Shown here: piece by piece, positions 49,016-59,582 of the stretch
Layout: every line of letters starts with the position of its first letter
Position numbering within the stretch: position 1 is the first letter of the stretch
Origin: Geopsychrobacteraceae bacterium
GTDB taxonomy: Bacteria; Desulfobacterota; Desulfuromonadia; Desulfuromonadales; Geopsychrobacteraceae
DNA: 64,000 nt
Direction: 5' to 3'
NCBI GenBank assembly: GCA_963662315.1
Contig: OY759353.1
Location: forward strand, 4,256,001 to 4,320,000
Position numbers and translations under genes: made by a program
Notes under the pieces: model-generated
What the model was told of the DNA's origin: nothing
The model's input: only the letters and a program-made list of their open reading frames with translations
Database searches by the model: none

Positions 49016-52000
49016 ATGCCTAGATTTTTTATTGAACGACCCATATTTGCCTGGGTCATCGCGATAGTTATTATGCTGGGAGGGGTGTTTGCCATCGAGA
49101 CCCTGCCAGTCGAACAGTACCCGGAAATTGCACCTCCGAGTGTTTCTGTCAGTACTTCTTATCCTGGTGCATCGGCTGAAGTTCTGGAAAACAGTGTTAC
49201 CCAGATTATTGAACAGAGTCTGACCGGTATCGATAATCTGCGTTACTTTTCTTCCTCCAGCGATTCCAATGGAAACCTGCAGATCTCTCTGACTTTTGAG
49301 CCGGAGGCTGACCCCGATATCGCCCAGGTCCAGGTCCAGAACAAGGTCAGCAGTGTTGTCAGCCTGTTACCCCAATCGGTTCAGCAGCAGGGGGTTAATG
49401 TCAGGAAAGCCTCGTCCAGCTTTCTGATGGTTATCGGTATTTATTCGACCGATCCCAAGGTTACTGAGTTCGAGATCAGTGACTATATGCGGTCAAAGAT
49501 GTCCGAGCCGATCAGTCGGATCAGTGGCGTCGGTGATGTTACGGTTTTTGGTGAACAGCACTCCATGCGGATCTGGTTAAATCCCGAGCAACTGCATAGT
49601 TTTAACCTGATGCCTTCCGATGTCAGTGCCGCTATTAAGGCTCAGAATGTCGAAGTTACCGCAGGTCAATTAGGTGGAGCTCCAGCGGTTGCCGGACAAC
49701 AGTTGAATGCATCAATCAAGGCCATGTCCAAACTGGAAACGGTCGAAGATTTTGAGAATATTCTGCTTAAGGTCAAGACCGATGGGTCCCAGGTACGCTT
49801 GCGGGATGTTGCTCGGATTGAGCTGGGTACCCAATCTTATGCCCGGATCGCCCGCTATAATGGTAAGCCTGCCAGTGGCATGGGAATTTACCTTGGTACC
49901 GGAGCAAATGCTCTTGCTACCGCTGCTGAGGTTAAAGAGCGCGTCAAAGATCTGCAGCAGTATATGCCTGAGAGTTACCAGGTTGTTTATCCTTACGACA
50001 CGACTCCATTTGTTGAATTGTCGATTCATGAAGTGTTCAAGACCCTGGTTGAAGCCATTGTTCTGGTCTTCTTTGTCATGTTCCTGTTTCTGCAGAATTT
50101 CCGGGCGACACTGATCCCGACCATTGCGGTTCCGGTTGTTTTGCTCGGTACTTTTGGGGTTCTGGCGGCGTTTGGCTACTCCATCAACGTGCTGACCATG
50201 TTCGCTATGGTTCTGGCCATCGGTCTGCTGGTTGACGATGCGATCGTTGTGGTTGAAAACGTTGAACGGGTTATGAGTGAGGAGGGTCTTCCTCCCAAAG
50301 AGGCCACCAAAAAATCGATGACCCAGATTACCGGTGCCCTGGTTGGTATTGCCATGGTACTGTCCGCTGTTTTTGTCCCGATGGCTTTTTTCAGCGGGTC
50401 AACCGGTGCCATTTACCGGCAGTTCTCCATTACCATTGTTTCAGCTATGGCGCTCTCCGTTTTGGTTGCTTTGATCCTTACCCCTGCTCTGTGTGCAACC
50501 ATGCTCAAGCCGGTCGAAAAAGGGCATAACCTGAAGAAAAGAGGGTTCTTTGGCTGGTTTAACCGGACCTTTGAAAGCGGCAAGCGTGGCTATCGCAAGA
50601 GTGTCGGTTTTGTTGCCGCCCGCTCCATTACGTTTTTTCTGATTTATCTGATCGTTGTTGGTGGCCTGATGTATATGTTCAGAAGTTTGCCAACGGCTTT
50701 TTTGCCTGATGAGGATCAGGGGATCATGATGATGATGATCCAGGCACCACCCGGGGCGACTCTTGAGCGGACTCGGGAAAGTGCCAAATTGGTTGAGGAA
50801 TATTTTCTCACCCAGGAAAAAGAAAATGTCGAAAGTATCTTTACTGCGGCCGGTTTCAGTTTTGCTGGTCAAGGGCAGAATGTTGGTCTGGGGTTCGTGC
50901 GTTTGAAAGACTGGAGCGAGCGCCAGCGCCCGGACCAGAAGGCTCAGGCTGTTGCCCAGCGCGCCTTTGTCAACCTGTTCCTCAGAAACGGCATCAAGGA
51001 TGCCAATGTTTATACCTTTACCCCGCCGCCAATCCCGGCTCTTGGGAATGCCAGTGGTTTTAACTTCAAGCTTATTGACCAGGGCAACCTCGGGCACGAA
51101 GTCTTATTGCAGGCGCGTAACATGATGCTGGGCATGGCTTCGCAGGATGCTCGACTGTCCAATGTGCGCCCCAACGGGATGTCTGATGTGCCGCAGTATA
51201 AACTGGATATTGATCAGGAAAAGGCATCGGCTCTGGGAGTCTCAATAGGCGACATTACCAACACGCTCAGTATCGCCTGGGGGTCTTCCTACATCAATGA
51301 TTTTGTCGATGATGGCCGGATCAAAAAGGTTTACATGCAGGGTGACGCGCCTTACCGCATGCTGCCGGAGGATGTTGAACGCTGGTATGTGCGTAACAAG
51401 CAGGGCGATATGGTCCCTTTCACATCCTTCGTAACGGGCAGTTGGGAGTATGGATCACCGCGTCTGGAACGCCATAATGGCCGCTCCTCCATGGAAATTC
51501 AGGGTGCCCCGGCAGGGGGAGTGAGCTCTGGGGTTGCCATGGAGGCAATTGAGGAAATGGCCCAGAAGTTGCCGCCTGGTATCGGTATCGAATGGACTGG
51601 TATCTCCTATGAAGAACGCTTGGCCGGTTCGCAAACGACCATGCTGTATGCGGTCTCTTTGTTGATTGTTTTCTTGTGCCTGGCTGCTCTGTATGAAAGT
51701 TGGACGATTCCGTTTGCGATCATGTTAATCGTACCGTTGGGTATTGTTGGTACGGTAGCTGCGACCTATATGAAAGGTTTGTCTAATGACGTCTATTTCC
51801 AAATTGCTCTGTTGACAACCATTGGTCTGGTGGCGAAAAACGCCATTCTGATCGTTGAATTTGCTAAAAGTCTCTATGAAAGTGGACGCAGTGTTATCGT
51901 TTCTGCCATGTTGGCTGCTGAGCAACGTCTGCGGCCGATTCTGATGACGTCCATGGCCTTCATTCTCGGGGTAACGCCACTCGCTATCTCCAACGGTGCT

Positions 52001-52174
52001 GGCTCGGCCAGTCAGAATGCCATTGGTATCGGGGTTATCGGTGGTATGATCGGATCCACAACACTGGCAATCGTATTTGTACCGATGTACTTTATTATTA
52101 TTGAAAAGTGGTCCATGACCAGAAAGCGTAAAGCTCAAAGAGCTGCAGAGAAAGAGGTCAGCCATGTTGAATAA
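49016..52174 (+). CDS. acrB: HAE1 RND multidrug efflux permease, AcrB/MexB type
   Basis: [60 protein letters not shown]. Confidence 0.96.
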   Translation: MPRFFIERPIFAWVIAIVIMLGGVFAIETLPVEQYPEIAPPSVSVSTSYPGASAEVLENSVTQIIEQSLTGIDNLRYFSSSSDSNGNLQISLTFEPEADPDIAQVQVQNKVSSVVSLLPQSVQQQGVNVRKASSSFLMVIGIYSTDPKVTEFEISDYMRSKMSEPISRISGVGDVTVFGEQHSMRIWLNPEQLHSFNLMPSDVSAAIKAQNVEVTAGQLGGAPAVAGQQLNASIKAMSKLETVEDFENILLKVKTDGSQVRLRDVARIELGTQSYARIARYNGKPASGMGIYLGTGANALATAAEVKERVKDLQQYMPESYQVVYPYDTTPFVELSIHEVFKTLVEAIVLVFFVMFLFLQNFRATLIPTIAVPVVLLGTFGVLAAFGYSINVLTMFAMVLAIGLLVDDAIVVVENVERVMSEEGLPPKEATKKSMTQITGALVGIAMVLSAVFVPMAFFSGSTGAIYRQFSITIVSAMALSVLVALILTPALCATMLKPVEKGHNLKKRGFFGWFNRTFESGKRGYRKSVGFVAARSITFFLIYLIVVGGLMYMFRSLPTAFLPDEDQGIMMMMIQAPPGATLERTRESAKLVEEYFLTQEKENVESIFTAAGFSFAGQGQNVGLGFVRLKDWSERQRPDQKAQAVAQRAFVNLFLRNGIKDANVYTFTPPPIPALGNASGFNFKLIDQGNLGHEVLLQARNMMLGMASQDARLSNVRPNGMSDVPQYKLDIDQEKASALGVSIGDITNTLSIAWGSSYINDFVDDGRIKKVYMQGDAPYRMLPEDVERWYVRNKQGDMVPFTSFVTGSWEYGSPRLERHNGRSSMEIQGAPAGGVSSGVAMEAIEEMAQKLPPGIGIEWTGISYEERLAGSQTTMLYAVSLLIVFLCLAALYESWTIPFAIMLIVPLGIVGTVAATYMKGLSNDVYFQIALLTTIGLVAKNAILIVEFAKSLYESGRSVIVSAMLAAEQRLRPILMTSMAFILGVTPLAISNGAGSASQNAIGIGVIGGMIGSTTLAIVFVPMYFIIIEKWSMTRKRKAQRAAEKEVSHVE

Positions 52175-53567
52175 ATTTATATCTGTTATTGCCCTGGCCT
52201 TGTTGCTGGCGGGATGTTCCATGATCCCCAAGTATCAGCAACCGGAATTGCCGGTAACACAAAGCTGGCCGGTCGGGGAATCCTATCTGGAAAATGAAGC
52301 CGGGGTCCCCAGCGAAATAAGCTGGCAGACCTATGTTCAGTCGGAACCATTAAAATTGTTGATTGAGCGAGTGCTGGAAAATAACCGCGATCTGAAAGTG
52401 GCGGTTCTGAATATTGAACAGGCCCAGGCCGCGTATCGTATTCAAAAAACAACGCTGATCCCGACTGTTAACGCTAATGCCAGTGCCTCACGGGCTGGTG
52501 TCCCGGATGACGCTGCGACCACCGGAGTAGGTTATACCTACACCAGTACCAGTGCCAATATTGCCTTGTCCGCCTATGAACTGGATTTTTTCGGCAGAGT
52601 CAGATCTCTGAATCAAGAAGCATTGGAAACCTATCTGGCGACGGAAGAAGCGTTGGCCAGCGCGCGGATATCCCTGATCGCTGAAACGGCCAATGCCTAC
52701 CTGAGTTTTCTGGCAGATCGGAAGCTTCTGCAATTGGCCAAAGAGACCCGCGATACTCAGCAGCATACTTACGATGTTATCAAGCGGCAGTTCGAAGTTG
52801 GTTCGGCCACTCAGCTCGATGTGGCTCAGGCTGCCACTGCAGTTGAAAGCGCGCGAGTGTCCATTGCCCAATACACCCGCTTGTTGGCGCAGGATAAAAA
52901 TGCCTTGGTCTACTTGACAGGTGCGTCAGTCGATGATGTACTGGCGAATGCTGAAAGCATTGATTCCATCAGCTTCATGAATAATCTGCCGGTCGGCCTG
53001 CCCTCGGAAGTTTTGCTGGCGCGGCCGGATATCCGTAGAGCAGAGCATCAGCTAAAAGCGGCCAATGCCGATATCGGTGCTGCGCGCGCAGCCCTGTATC
53101 CAACCATCAGTCTGACCGGGTCTTTAGGTTTGGCCAGTGATAGTCTTGACGGGCTGCTGACCTCAGGCGCTCGCTATGCCTGGAACTTTACTCCGTCACT
53201 GACAATTCCGATTTTCAACCGGGGCAAGTTGAAAGCCAGCCTGGCAGTCGCGGAAGTCAAAGAAAAGATTGCCGCGACCCAGTATGAAAAGGCGATTCAG
53301 ACTGCTTTTAAAGAAGTCGCCGATCAACTGGCCGCACGTGGAACTTACCAATCACAACTCGATGCTCAGAATGCCCTGGTGGCCGCCACGGGCAAGGCCT
53401 ATGAACTATCCCGGGCGCGCTATGACAATGGCATTGATGATTTCCTGACTGTGCTCGATTCGCAACGTTCCTTGTTTTCTGCTCAACAAGGTGCTGTCAG
53501 CGTAAAACAGGCCTATCTGGCCAACCTTGTCAGTTTGTACAAGGTCTTAGGGGGGGGACAACTGTAG
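52164..53567 (+). CDS. OprM/NodT-type outer-membrane efflux lipoprotein
   Basis: Lipobox [32 protein letters not shown]. Confidence 0.94.
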   Translation: MLNKFISVIALALLLAGCSMIPKYQQPELPVTQSWPVGESYLENEAGVPSEISWQTYVQSEPLKLLIERVLENNRDLKVAVLNIEQAQAAYRIQKTTLIPTVNANASASRAGVPDDAATTGVGYTYTSTSANIALSAYELDFFGRVRSLNQEALETYLATEEALASARISLIAETANAYLSFLADRKLLQLAKETRDTQQHTYDVIKRQFEVGSATQLDVAQAATAVESARVSIAQYTRLLAQDKNALVYLTGASVDDVLANAESIDSISFMNNLPVGLPSEVLLARPDIRRAEHQLKAANADIGAARAALYPTISLTGSLGLASDSLDGLLTSGARYAWNFTPSLTIPIFNRGKLKASLAVAEVKEKIAATQYEKAIQTAFKEVADQLAARGTYQSQLDAQNALVAATGKAYELSRARYDNGIDDFLTVLDSQRSLFSAQQGAVSVKQAYLANLVSLYKVLGGGQL

Positions 53568-53592
53568 TACGGTCATCCCCTAGGTATGATCG

Positions 53593-53633
53593 AAAACGCC
53601 CCTCAATTGCGTCTGATTGAGGGGCGTTTTTTT
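53593..53633. terminator. Intrinsic terminator
   Basis: AAAACGCCCCTCAAT...ATTGAGGGGCG followed by a T run. Confidence 0.8.
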
Positions 53634-53736
53634 ATCGGCAGCAACGCAACGCTCACTTTGTTGAACGTCTTGAAATCGAAAGAGGGTAACCTTAATGAGC
53701 CTTTCGAAAATATTAGGTACTGCAGACCCGACTAAT

Positions 53737-54921
53737 TCAGTATTGCGGGTTCAATGTGCCGGCTATCCTTCCCCATAGCAATAATACCAGCAGGGGTAAC
53801 AACAGTGTCATCATGCTGAACATGAGGGTCGGGCGGGCCCAGTGAAGGGTCACGAACGCCATGCAGCCGGCACCGGCAATAAACTGGTAAAAGACCAGCA
53901 GGGAAGATGCGGAACCGACATCTGTTTTGACCAGGCCGAGGAGCAATGACCCACTGCTTGGGCGGCTGAGGCCGGTGAAAAAGGAAAAAATGGCGATGAA
54001 CAGCATAAAGAATAGGTAATGCTGGCGTGAAAAAAGGCATAGCCCGGCGCCGCCGACGATACAGCCGAAGATGGCGATGGTCAGAATTGTTTTATCCTCA
54101 AAGTGCTTGATGAGTTTGGATGAGGTAAAGGCCCCGGCCATGGAGACCAGTGCGTTGAGCCCGAACAACAGACTGAACGTGGTTTCCGAAAGTCCGTGAA
54201 TGGAAATATAGAAGATTGGCGAAAAGGCAATGTAGCCGTAAAAGGGGATGACCAGTAGCCCCATACTGATCCCGGCGATAAGAAATGATCGATTGTGCAG
54301 GTGAATACTGTAGCGGGTGGCCAGTTGCTGCAGGCTGATATCCAGTTTGTTTTGATTACTTTCCCTGGTGGTGAACGTAACCAGCAGGGTAATAGTCACC
54401 AGAGCCCCCTGGAGCAGAAAGATAAAACGCCAGCTACCAACTTTCAATAACAACGCTCCGATTAATGGCGCAATCATCGGAGCAACCGCAACCAGAGTCA
54501 TAATGTAAGCGAGGGCTTTTTGCCGTTCTGTGCCACTGAAACGGTCGCGTACAATCGCCATGATGATTGCAGCTGGCGCACCTGCCCCCATCCCCTGAAT
54601 GACTCTGAAAAAAATCAGTTGCCAGGCATTCTGCGCAGCAGCACATAAAAATGATGACACGACGAAAAGGGTCAATCCAACCAGCAAAATCGGTTTGCGT
54701 CCGTATTTGTCGGAAAGCGATCCGGAGACCAGAATAAACAGGCTGAAAGATATGAACCATAAAACCAGGGTCATGTTGATAAGGTCTTTGCCGACATTCC
54801 ATCCTTGCGCGATCTGGGGAATTGCCGCTAGGTACATGTCAGTGGCTAACGGAGCTGTCATTGCCAGCGCGGCCAGGTAAATAACGTAGAGAGCTTTACT
54901 GCGTTGATATAATGGTTTCAC
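53737..54921 (-). CDS. Bcr/CflA family MFS drug efflux transporter
   Basis: DMYLAA.P, GSLSDKYGRKP, R.IQG.G, AP.IAP.IG, WR.IF. Confidence 0.92.
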   Translation of the reverse strand: MKPLYQRSKALYVIYLAALAMTAPLATDMYLAAIPQIAQGWNVGKDLINMTLVLWFISFSLFILVSGSLSDKYGRKPILLVGLTLFVVSSFLCAAAQNAWQLIFFRVIQGMGAGAPAAIIMAIVRDRFSGTERQKALAYIMTLVAVAPMIAPLIGALLLKVGSWRFIFLLQGALVTITLLVTFTTRESNQNKLDISLQQLATRYSIHLHNRSFLIAGISMGLLVIPFYGYIAFSPIFYISIHGLSETTFSLLFGLNALVSMAGAFTSSKLIKHFEDKTILTIAIFGCIVGGAGLCLFSRQHYLFFMLFIAIFSFFTGLSRPSSGSLLLGLVKTDVGSASSLLVFYQFIAGAGCMAFVTLHWARPTLMFSMMTLLLPLLVLLLWGRIAGTLNPQY

Positions 54922-55198
54922 AGGGCGTTCCTAATTGTTGCGTTGATGCAGGCGTTCTTTTTAAGAGTGACGTAAACAACAGTCTCGTGAGAAAAAAGCC
55001 GTTTTCAAACTTGAAATATACAATCGCTATCTGGGGTGTGCAGGTGTTGCTGATAAAGTGCATGGAAGCGGATCAGCGCGAAGGTTTGGTCCGGCGCAGG
55101 GCCACATGAAATGTGGCCCCTCGTATGCAGGTTGTGATTATACACCTTTGAGCGGTTAAAAGCTGGTTGAATATGACCAGCGTTCAGTTCTCCCAGGT

Positions 55199-55699
55199 TC
55201 AGCCTTGCTGGAGTTCGGGAGGTAATTTCCGAAAGCGGAGCTTTCCTTCTTTGAAGAGGGGCAGAATCAACAAGCTGCTAAGCAGTTTGATCACGGTTTG
55301 TCCCCAAATGACTGGCCAGGCTGGCCCAAAAGCTAACAGCACAAAGACCAGAGAGTCCAATGGCGTGGAAACCAGATTGCTCAGAACCATACGCTTTTCA
55401 ACGCTGCCCGTCATTCTGGTGTAAAACCACCAGTCGCAGAATTCGGCAATCAGGAAAGCGGCCAACGAAGCGACGGCGATGTTGCGGTTAAAGGCAAAGG
55501 TAATCAAGGCAGCGGCCAGCATCCAGATCCAGCAACCATATTTGCCGTAACGCTCCTGGACCAGGTCGCGGGCTGAATAGGTCAGGCCGATAGCGACAGC
55601 TCCTGCCGGAAAACTGACACCGAACAGGGTGACGACACCAAACAGATGGACCAGGATGTTGGCGAGGATGATGGAAAAAAGATAAAACAAGCCACTCAT
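55199..55699 (-). CDS. VUT family protein (queuosine precursor transporter-like)
   Basis: I.ANI, G....G.T...RD.VQE, ASL.AFL.AE..D, SN.VS.PLDSLVF..LAFG. Confidence 0.8.
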   Translation of the reverse strand: MSGLFYLFSIILANILVHLFGVVTLFGVSFPAGAVAIGLTYSARDLVQERYGKYGCWIWMLAAALITFAFNRNIAVASLAAFLIAEFCDWWFYTRMTGSVEKRMVLSNLVSTPLDSLVFVLLAFGPAWPVIWGQTVIKLLSSLLILPLFKEGKLRFRKLPPELQQG

Positions 55700-55826
55700 T
55701 TTTATGTAGACCTTTCTTGTTCATCCTCGCCGGAAATAAGAGAGTTATGTTGGCGAGAATGAGATTGTTATTATGCTTTTACTAAGACAGACTGCTCAAT
55801 ATACAAGGGCTTGAAAATGAGAGCTA

Positions 55827-55877
55827 GATCCAAAACGAAAAAAATGACCAATCTGGTCATTTTTTTCGTTTTGGATC
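55827..55877. repeat. Perfect 24-bp inverted repeat with a 3-nt loop
   Basis: GATCCAAAACGAAAAAAATGACCA-ATC-TGGTCATTTTTTTCGTTTTGGATC. Confidence 0.9.
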
Positions 55878-56231
55878 ATATCAACTGGAGAAAAAGCTGG
55901 TCACTATATTCTTGGTGATCGGATCAGGCGGACGGTACAACTGAGGTCTATGCTCTGCTCATCGTAGTTTTCTCAATAATCAATCGCGACTTCGATCAGA
56001 TGAACTCCACTGACTTAGTCTTTGCAAAAGTGGACCCGCTGGTCGGTTATGGTTACCCGGTGTCCCTTGTCAAGCCTTTGTGGATATCTTAAGTACTGTG
56101 ACTGGTGAAAGTATCGTTCCGTTAAGCGGTATTATCCTTATTCATTGCGCTTCCGCACATTAAAAAGGCCGGAATTCAATAATTCTGAATATCCGGCCCG
56201 GGATAGAACAGGTCAAATTTTCTGATTGTGT

Positions 56232-56804
56232 TTAGAGTGCTTTGTACTCAAAAGACTGGCCGCCGATAGATGCCTCATACATGAGCCCCCCTTTAATATG
56301 AATAAAGGTTGCCATCCCGTTACGGTAACCGGAGCCTGTCTGGTCGGCCGTTGCCGTATTCAGACTTTTGCTGGCTGTTGAACCGTCAGGGCCTGCTTTA
56401 GCCTGGGCTCCAGCAACAATAGCCACGGCCGAGGCGCTGGCTTCAAAGATAAATTTGGTGCTGGTAAAACGCTCGAAGGCTGCCTGGTTTTCAAAAAAGA
56501 TGATTTCGCTGAAAGCCTGGCCCCCCAATTGGGCACCAATAGACGCTTTTGCCAGGGTTGCTTCACCAACCAGTTGTCCCTGGCGATAGACTCTACCCTT
56601 GCCGTAAGAGGCGCCGATAATAAAGCCCCCTTTGCCAACCAATGGGAAGATCGCATAGCCGTAGGCAGTATTAAAATATGGGCGCACGACCGGCGAATTT
56701 GAGTAGATGTTGACCGTTTCCTGATACTGATTTGCCATTGCGCCGCTGCTGGTCAGAAAAACCAGGATCAGTGTGACGCACAGCAAAAATCGCATCCGTT
56801 GCAT
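56232..56804 (-). CDS. Ysc84/SYLF lipid-binding domain secreted protein
   Basis: Signal peptide; A.GYA.FP.VGKGGF.IG..YG.G, S.G.QLGGQ, GGLMYEASIGGQ.F. Confidence 0.85.
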   Translation of the reverse strand: MQRMRFLLCVTLILVFLTSSGAMANQYQETVNIYSNSPVVRPYFNTAYGYAIFPLVGKGGFIIGASYGKGRVYRQGQLVGEATLAKASIGAQLGGQAFSEIIFFENQAAFERFTSTKFIFEASASAVAIVAGAQAKAGPDGSTASKSLNTATADQTGSGYRNGMATFIHIKGGLMYEASIGGQSFEYKAL

Positions 56805-56887
56805 AATGTGTTTCCTCCTTTTCATTTCTGATTTAGCCAATGTTGCCAGGCATTATACATCGATATCAGAAATATCGCTCTTATTAA

Positions 56888-57775
56888 TTAAAAATATTCC
56901 TCTTCATAATCGGGCACACAATGGAACCATTCCCGGTGTTGTTGGCCCAGCTCAAGGGCTGCCTGGGCCTGGGCTATTATTTTTTCACGATCTTTGGGGT
57001 AACTTCCTTCAAGGTGCAGAATGTTTGAGACATGGTTGGAGCGCAGGATGGTACGCTGAGGATTCAGGTGCCTGGTGATGAGTAATGCTTCCTGTAATAC
57101 CTCGCCATGACTCAAGGGGTCAATAAGTTTGAAATATGCGTCATTATGACGCCTGAACATGGTCAGTAACGAAAAATACTGGGGTGACAGATCATTAATC
57201 CAGGCAGCTGTTGCTAGTGCGTGTTCACTGCTGCGTAGACGTCCCGCCAAACCGAGTATTGCTGTCACCGAAAGTTTGAGACCCGCAGTTTGAGCCTTAT
57301 GGCACAGGTCAAGCATCGTTTCGGGGTGGAAGTGCTTGTTGGCCAGCTGCAGTGTTTGAGGGTCTCCACTTTCAAGACCAAAGTAAAGAATCCGCAGTTT
57401 AAGATCCTTTAACTGCTGAAGATTCTCGACCGATTTTGTCGTCAGACTGTTGGGTGATGCGTAGGCACTGACTCTGGTCAGGTTGGGAAATGTCGCATTC
57501 AGCTTTTCAAGAATCCGGACCAAACCCTCCTGGGGATAGACCAACCCGTCTCCATCGGCGAGGAAAATACGCTGAATCTGGTTTCGGTAAGTGTTTGGCA
57601 GTGATTCGATCTCTGCAAAGATGTCTGCCTGTGAGCGAGTTCTGAACTGTTTCATTTTGTACATGCCACAAAATTTGCAACTGTTTTGCGAACAGCCGAT
57701 CGTGATCTGAAAGATCAGGGATCGGGCTTCGGATGGAGGCCGGAACAGGGGTTCATCATAGTCAAAAAAGTACAT
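56888..57775 (-). CDS. Radical SAM protein
   Basis: RPPSEA.S, CSQNSCKFC (CxxxCxxC), FLADGD, GLESG, RSNH.SN. Confidence 0.92.
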   Translation of the reverse strand: MYFFDYDEPLFRPPSEARSLIFQITIGCSQNSCKFCGMYKMKQFRTRSQADIFAEIESLPNTYRNQIQRIFLADGDGLVYPQEGLVRILEKLNATFPNLTRVSAYASPNSLTTKSVENLQQLKDLKLRILYFGLESGDPQTLQLANKHFHPETMLDLCHKAQTAGLKLSVTAILGLAGRLRSSEHALATAAWINDLSPQYFSLLTMFRRHNDAYFKLIDPLSHGEVLQEALLITRHLNPQRTILRSNHVSNILHLEGSYPKDREKIIAQAQAALELGQQHREWFHCVPDYEEEYF

Positions 57776-57904
57776 GAGTGTCAGTCTTCCATTGTCAATA
57801 TCCATTATACAGAACAACTTGCGACGCTTCTGCCTGCAGCTGAGAGATGCATCTTATGCTAGCAGAAGCAATATGCAGAAAACAACACGTGGGGCAATAT
57901 TGGA

Positions 57905-57933
57905 TTGACAATATATGTGTAGACATATATAAG
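57905..57933 (+). promoter_or_regulatory. Sigma70 promoter with an overlapping operator palindrome
   Basis: TTGACA-N17-TATAAG; the spacer region holds ATATATGT-GTAG-ACATATAT. Confidence 0.65.
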
Positions 57934-57961
57934 GCTTCCAATATTATTCAAGGGAGTGCAA

Positions 57962-58651
57962 ATGAAAACAACGAGTTCTACCAATGCTTGCCAACTTACG
58001 ATGTCAAAACAGGTCAGCTATAAGTGGTTGCTTGGTTTGGTTATGGTCACCGTGCTAACTCTGGGGTGGCGCTTTCCGATTCTGGGTTTCATTGTGCCGG
58101 TTGCCATGATTGCCGGGATCAGTGGAGGGGTGTTTCGTGGTCGCTGGGTGTGCGGCAATATGTGTCCACGGGGCAGTTTCCTCGACAGCTGGTTCAGCCT
58201 GGTGGCCAGTAACAAGCCGATGCCTGCTGTGCTGCAGAATAGCAGGTTGCGTTGGACTGTCGTTGTTGTCCTGATGAGCTTTATGGTGTATCGACTGGCC
58301 CAGCACCCAGAACAATGGCAACATTGGGGACGGGTTTTCTGGCAGATGTGCTTGCTGACGTCTTTGACTGCTGTCGCACTGGGGCTGCGTTACAGTGCCC
58401 GTAGCTGGTGTTCCGTATGCCCGGTTGGAACCATGGCGGGAAGTTTGGGGGGCGCAAAGTATCAACTTCAGGTTGCAGCGTCCTGTAAAGACTGTAGCTT
58501 GTGTGAACAGGCCTGTCCGATGCAGTTGAAAATTGCAGTTTACCGGCACGGGGGTGTTCAGCAGGAGCAAGACTGTATCAAATGTTCAGCCTGTCAAAGG
58601 GCCTGTCCTCGGGGTGATGTCCTGAGTTGGCCAACGCGAAAAGCCGCATGA
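57962..58651 (+). CDS. Membrane 4Fe-4S binding protein (NapH/RdxA-like)
   Basis: GRWVCG.MCP.G, RSWC..CP.G, and two CxxCxxCxxxCP motifs. Confidence 0.85.
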   Translation: MKTTSSTNACQLTMSKQVSYKWLLGLVMVTVLTLGWRFPILGFIVPVAMIAGISGGVFRGRWVCGNMCPRGSFLDSWFSLVASNKPMPAVLQNSRLRWTVVVVLMSFMVYRLAQHPEQWQHWGRVFWQMCLLTSLTAVALGLRYSARSWCSVCPVGTMAGSLGGAKYQLQVAASCKDCSLCEQACPMQLKIAVYRHGGVQQEQDCIKCSACQRACPRGDVLSWPTRKAA

Positions 58652-58677
58652 TAGTTTCTTTTTACTGAACAGGCAGT

Positions 58678-58720
58678 ACAACAAAAACGGCCCCCGCTAA
58701 GGAGGGCCGTTTTTGTTGTA
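58678..58720. terminator. Bidirectional intrinsic terminator
   Basis: TACAACAAAAACGGCCC...GGGCCGTTTTTGTTGTA between convergent genes. Confidence 0.8.
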
Positions 58721-58767
58721 CGATTTACCGCAGCGAATCAAACGCGCGGAACACACTGCTGTCGTGA

Positions 58768-59316
58768 TCAGTTGAAGAAACGCTTGAGCAGACCAGCAAA
58801 GGCTGCACCGTGACGTGCTTCGTCTTTACACATTTCGTGAACAGTGTCATGAATGGCGTCGAGGTTGAGTTCTTTGGCGCGGGTCGCCAGGGCTTTTTTA
58901 CCAGCGCAAGCACCATGTTCGGCATCAACGCGAGCCTGCAGATTGGCTTTGGTATCAGCAACAACACACTCCCCGAGCAGCTCAGCAAATTTGGCAGCGT
59001 GCTCAGCTTCTTCAAAAGCAATGCGCTTGTAAGCTTCAGCAACTTCAGGATACCCTTCACGGTCAGCCTGACGGCTCATGGCCAGATACATGCCAACTTC
59101 GGTACACTCACCGGTGAAGTTCATTCTCAGACCTTCAATGATTTCCGGATCGACATCTTTAGCTACACCGATACGGTGTTCATCAGCCCACTGCAGGGCA
59201 GCAGTTGCATCTTGTTCGATAAATTTGGCGGCAGGCGCTTTACACTGAGGGCACTCTTGTGGAGCACAATCACCTTCATGGACATAACCGCAGATAGTAC
59301 AGACGAACTTTTTCAT
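58768..59316 (-). CDS. Reverse rubrerythrin (N-terminal rubredoxin, C-terminal ferritin-like; NADH peroxidase type)
   Basis: [11 protein letters not shown]...CPQC, then [23 protein letters not shown]...EEAEH...DEARH; promoter TTGACA-N16-TATAAT at 59360-59387 (minus). Confidence 0.92.
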   Translation of the reverse strand: MKKFVCTICGYVHEGDCAPQECPQCKAPAAKFIEQDATAALQWADEHRIGVAKDVDPEIIEGLRMNFTGECTEVGMYLAMSRQADREGYPEVAEAYKRIAFEEAEHAAKFAELLGECVVADTKANLQARVDAEHGACAGKKALATRAKELNLDAIHDTVHEMCKDEARHGAAFAGLLKRFFN

Positions 59317-59582
59317 GTTTTCACTCCTTGGGATTATATTCCTAACCAAAACACTCGCAATTATAGTGGGAATATCCGATTTGTCAACTTGAAAGAATGC
59401 TAGCTTTCCACAGGATTTGAGGATTAACGCCACTGAACAGAATTTTCATTAATTGCAAACCTGAAGCTAACAAAGAGAGAGTACATACACGTGATCTACA
59501 CTAAAACTTCGGAGATTTGATCTGGAGTTTGCTGGTTTTCGGGTTCGACATAAATTTATCTTTGTTTCGGGAGGAGTACAAA

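Noticed and set aside
55700..55830. preQ1 riboswitch upstream of the VUT-family gene
   Set aside because: No preQ1 hairpin with the characteristic loop and A-rich tail was recognisable.
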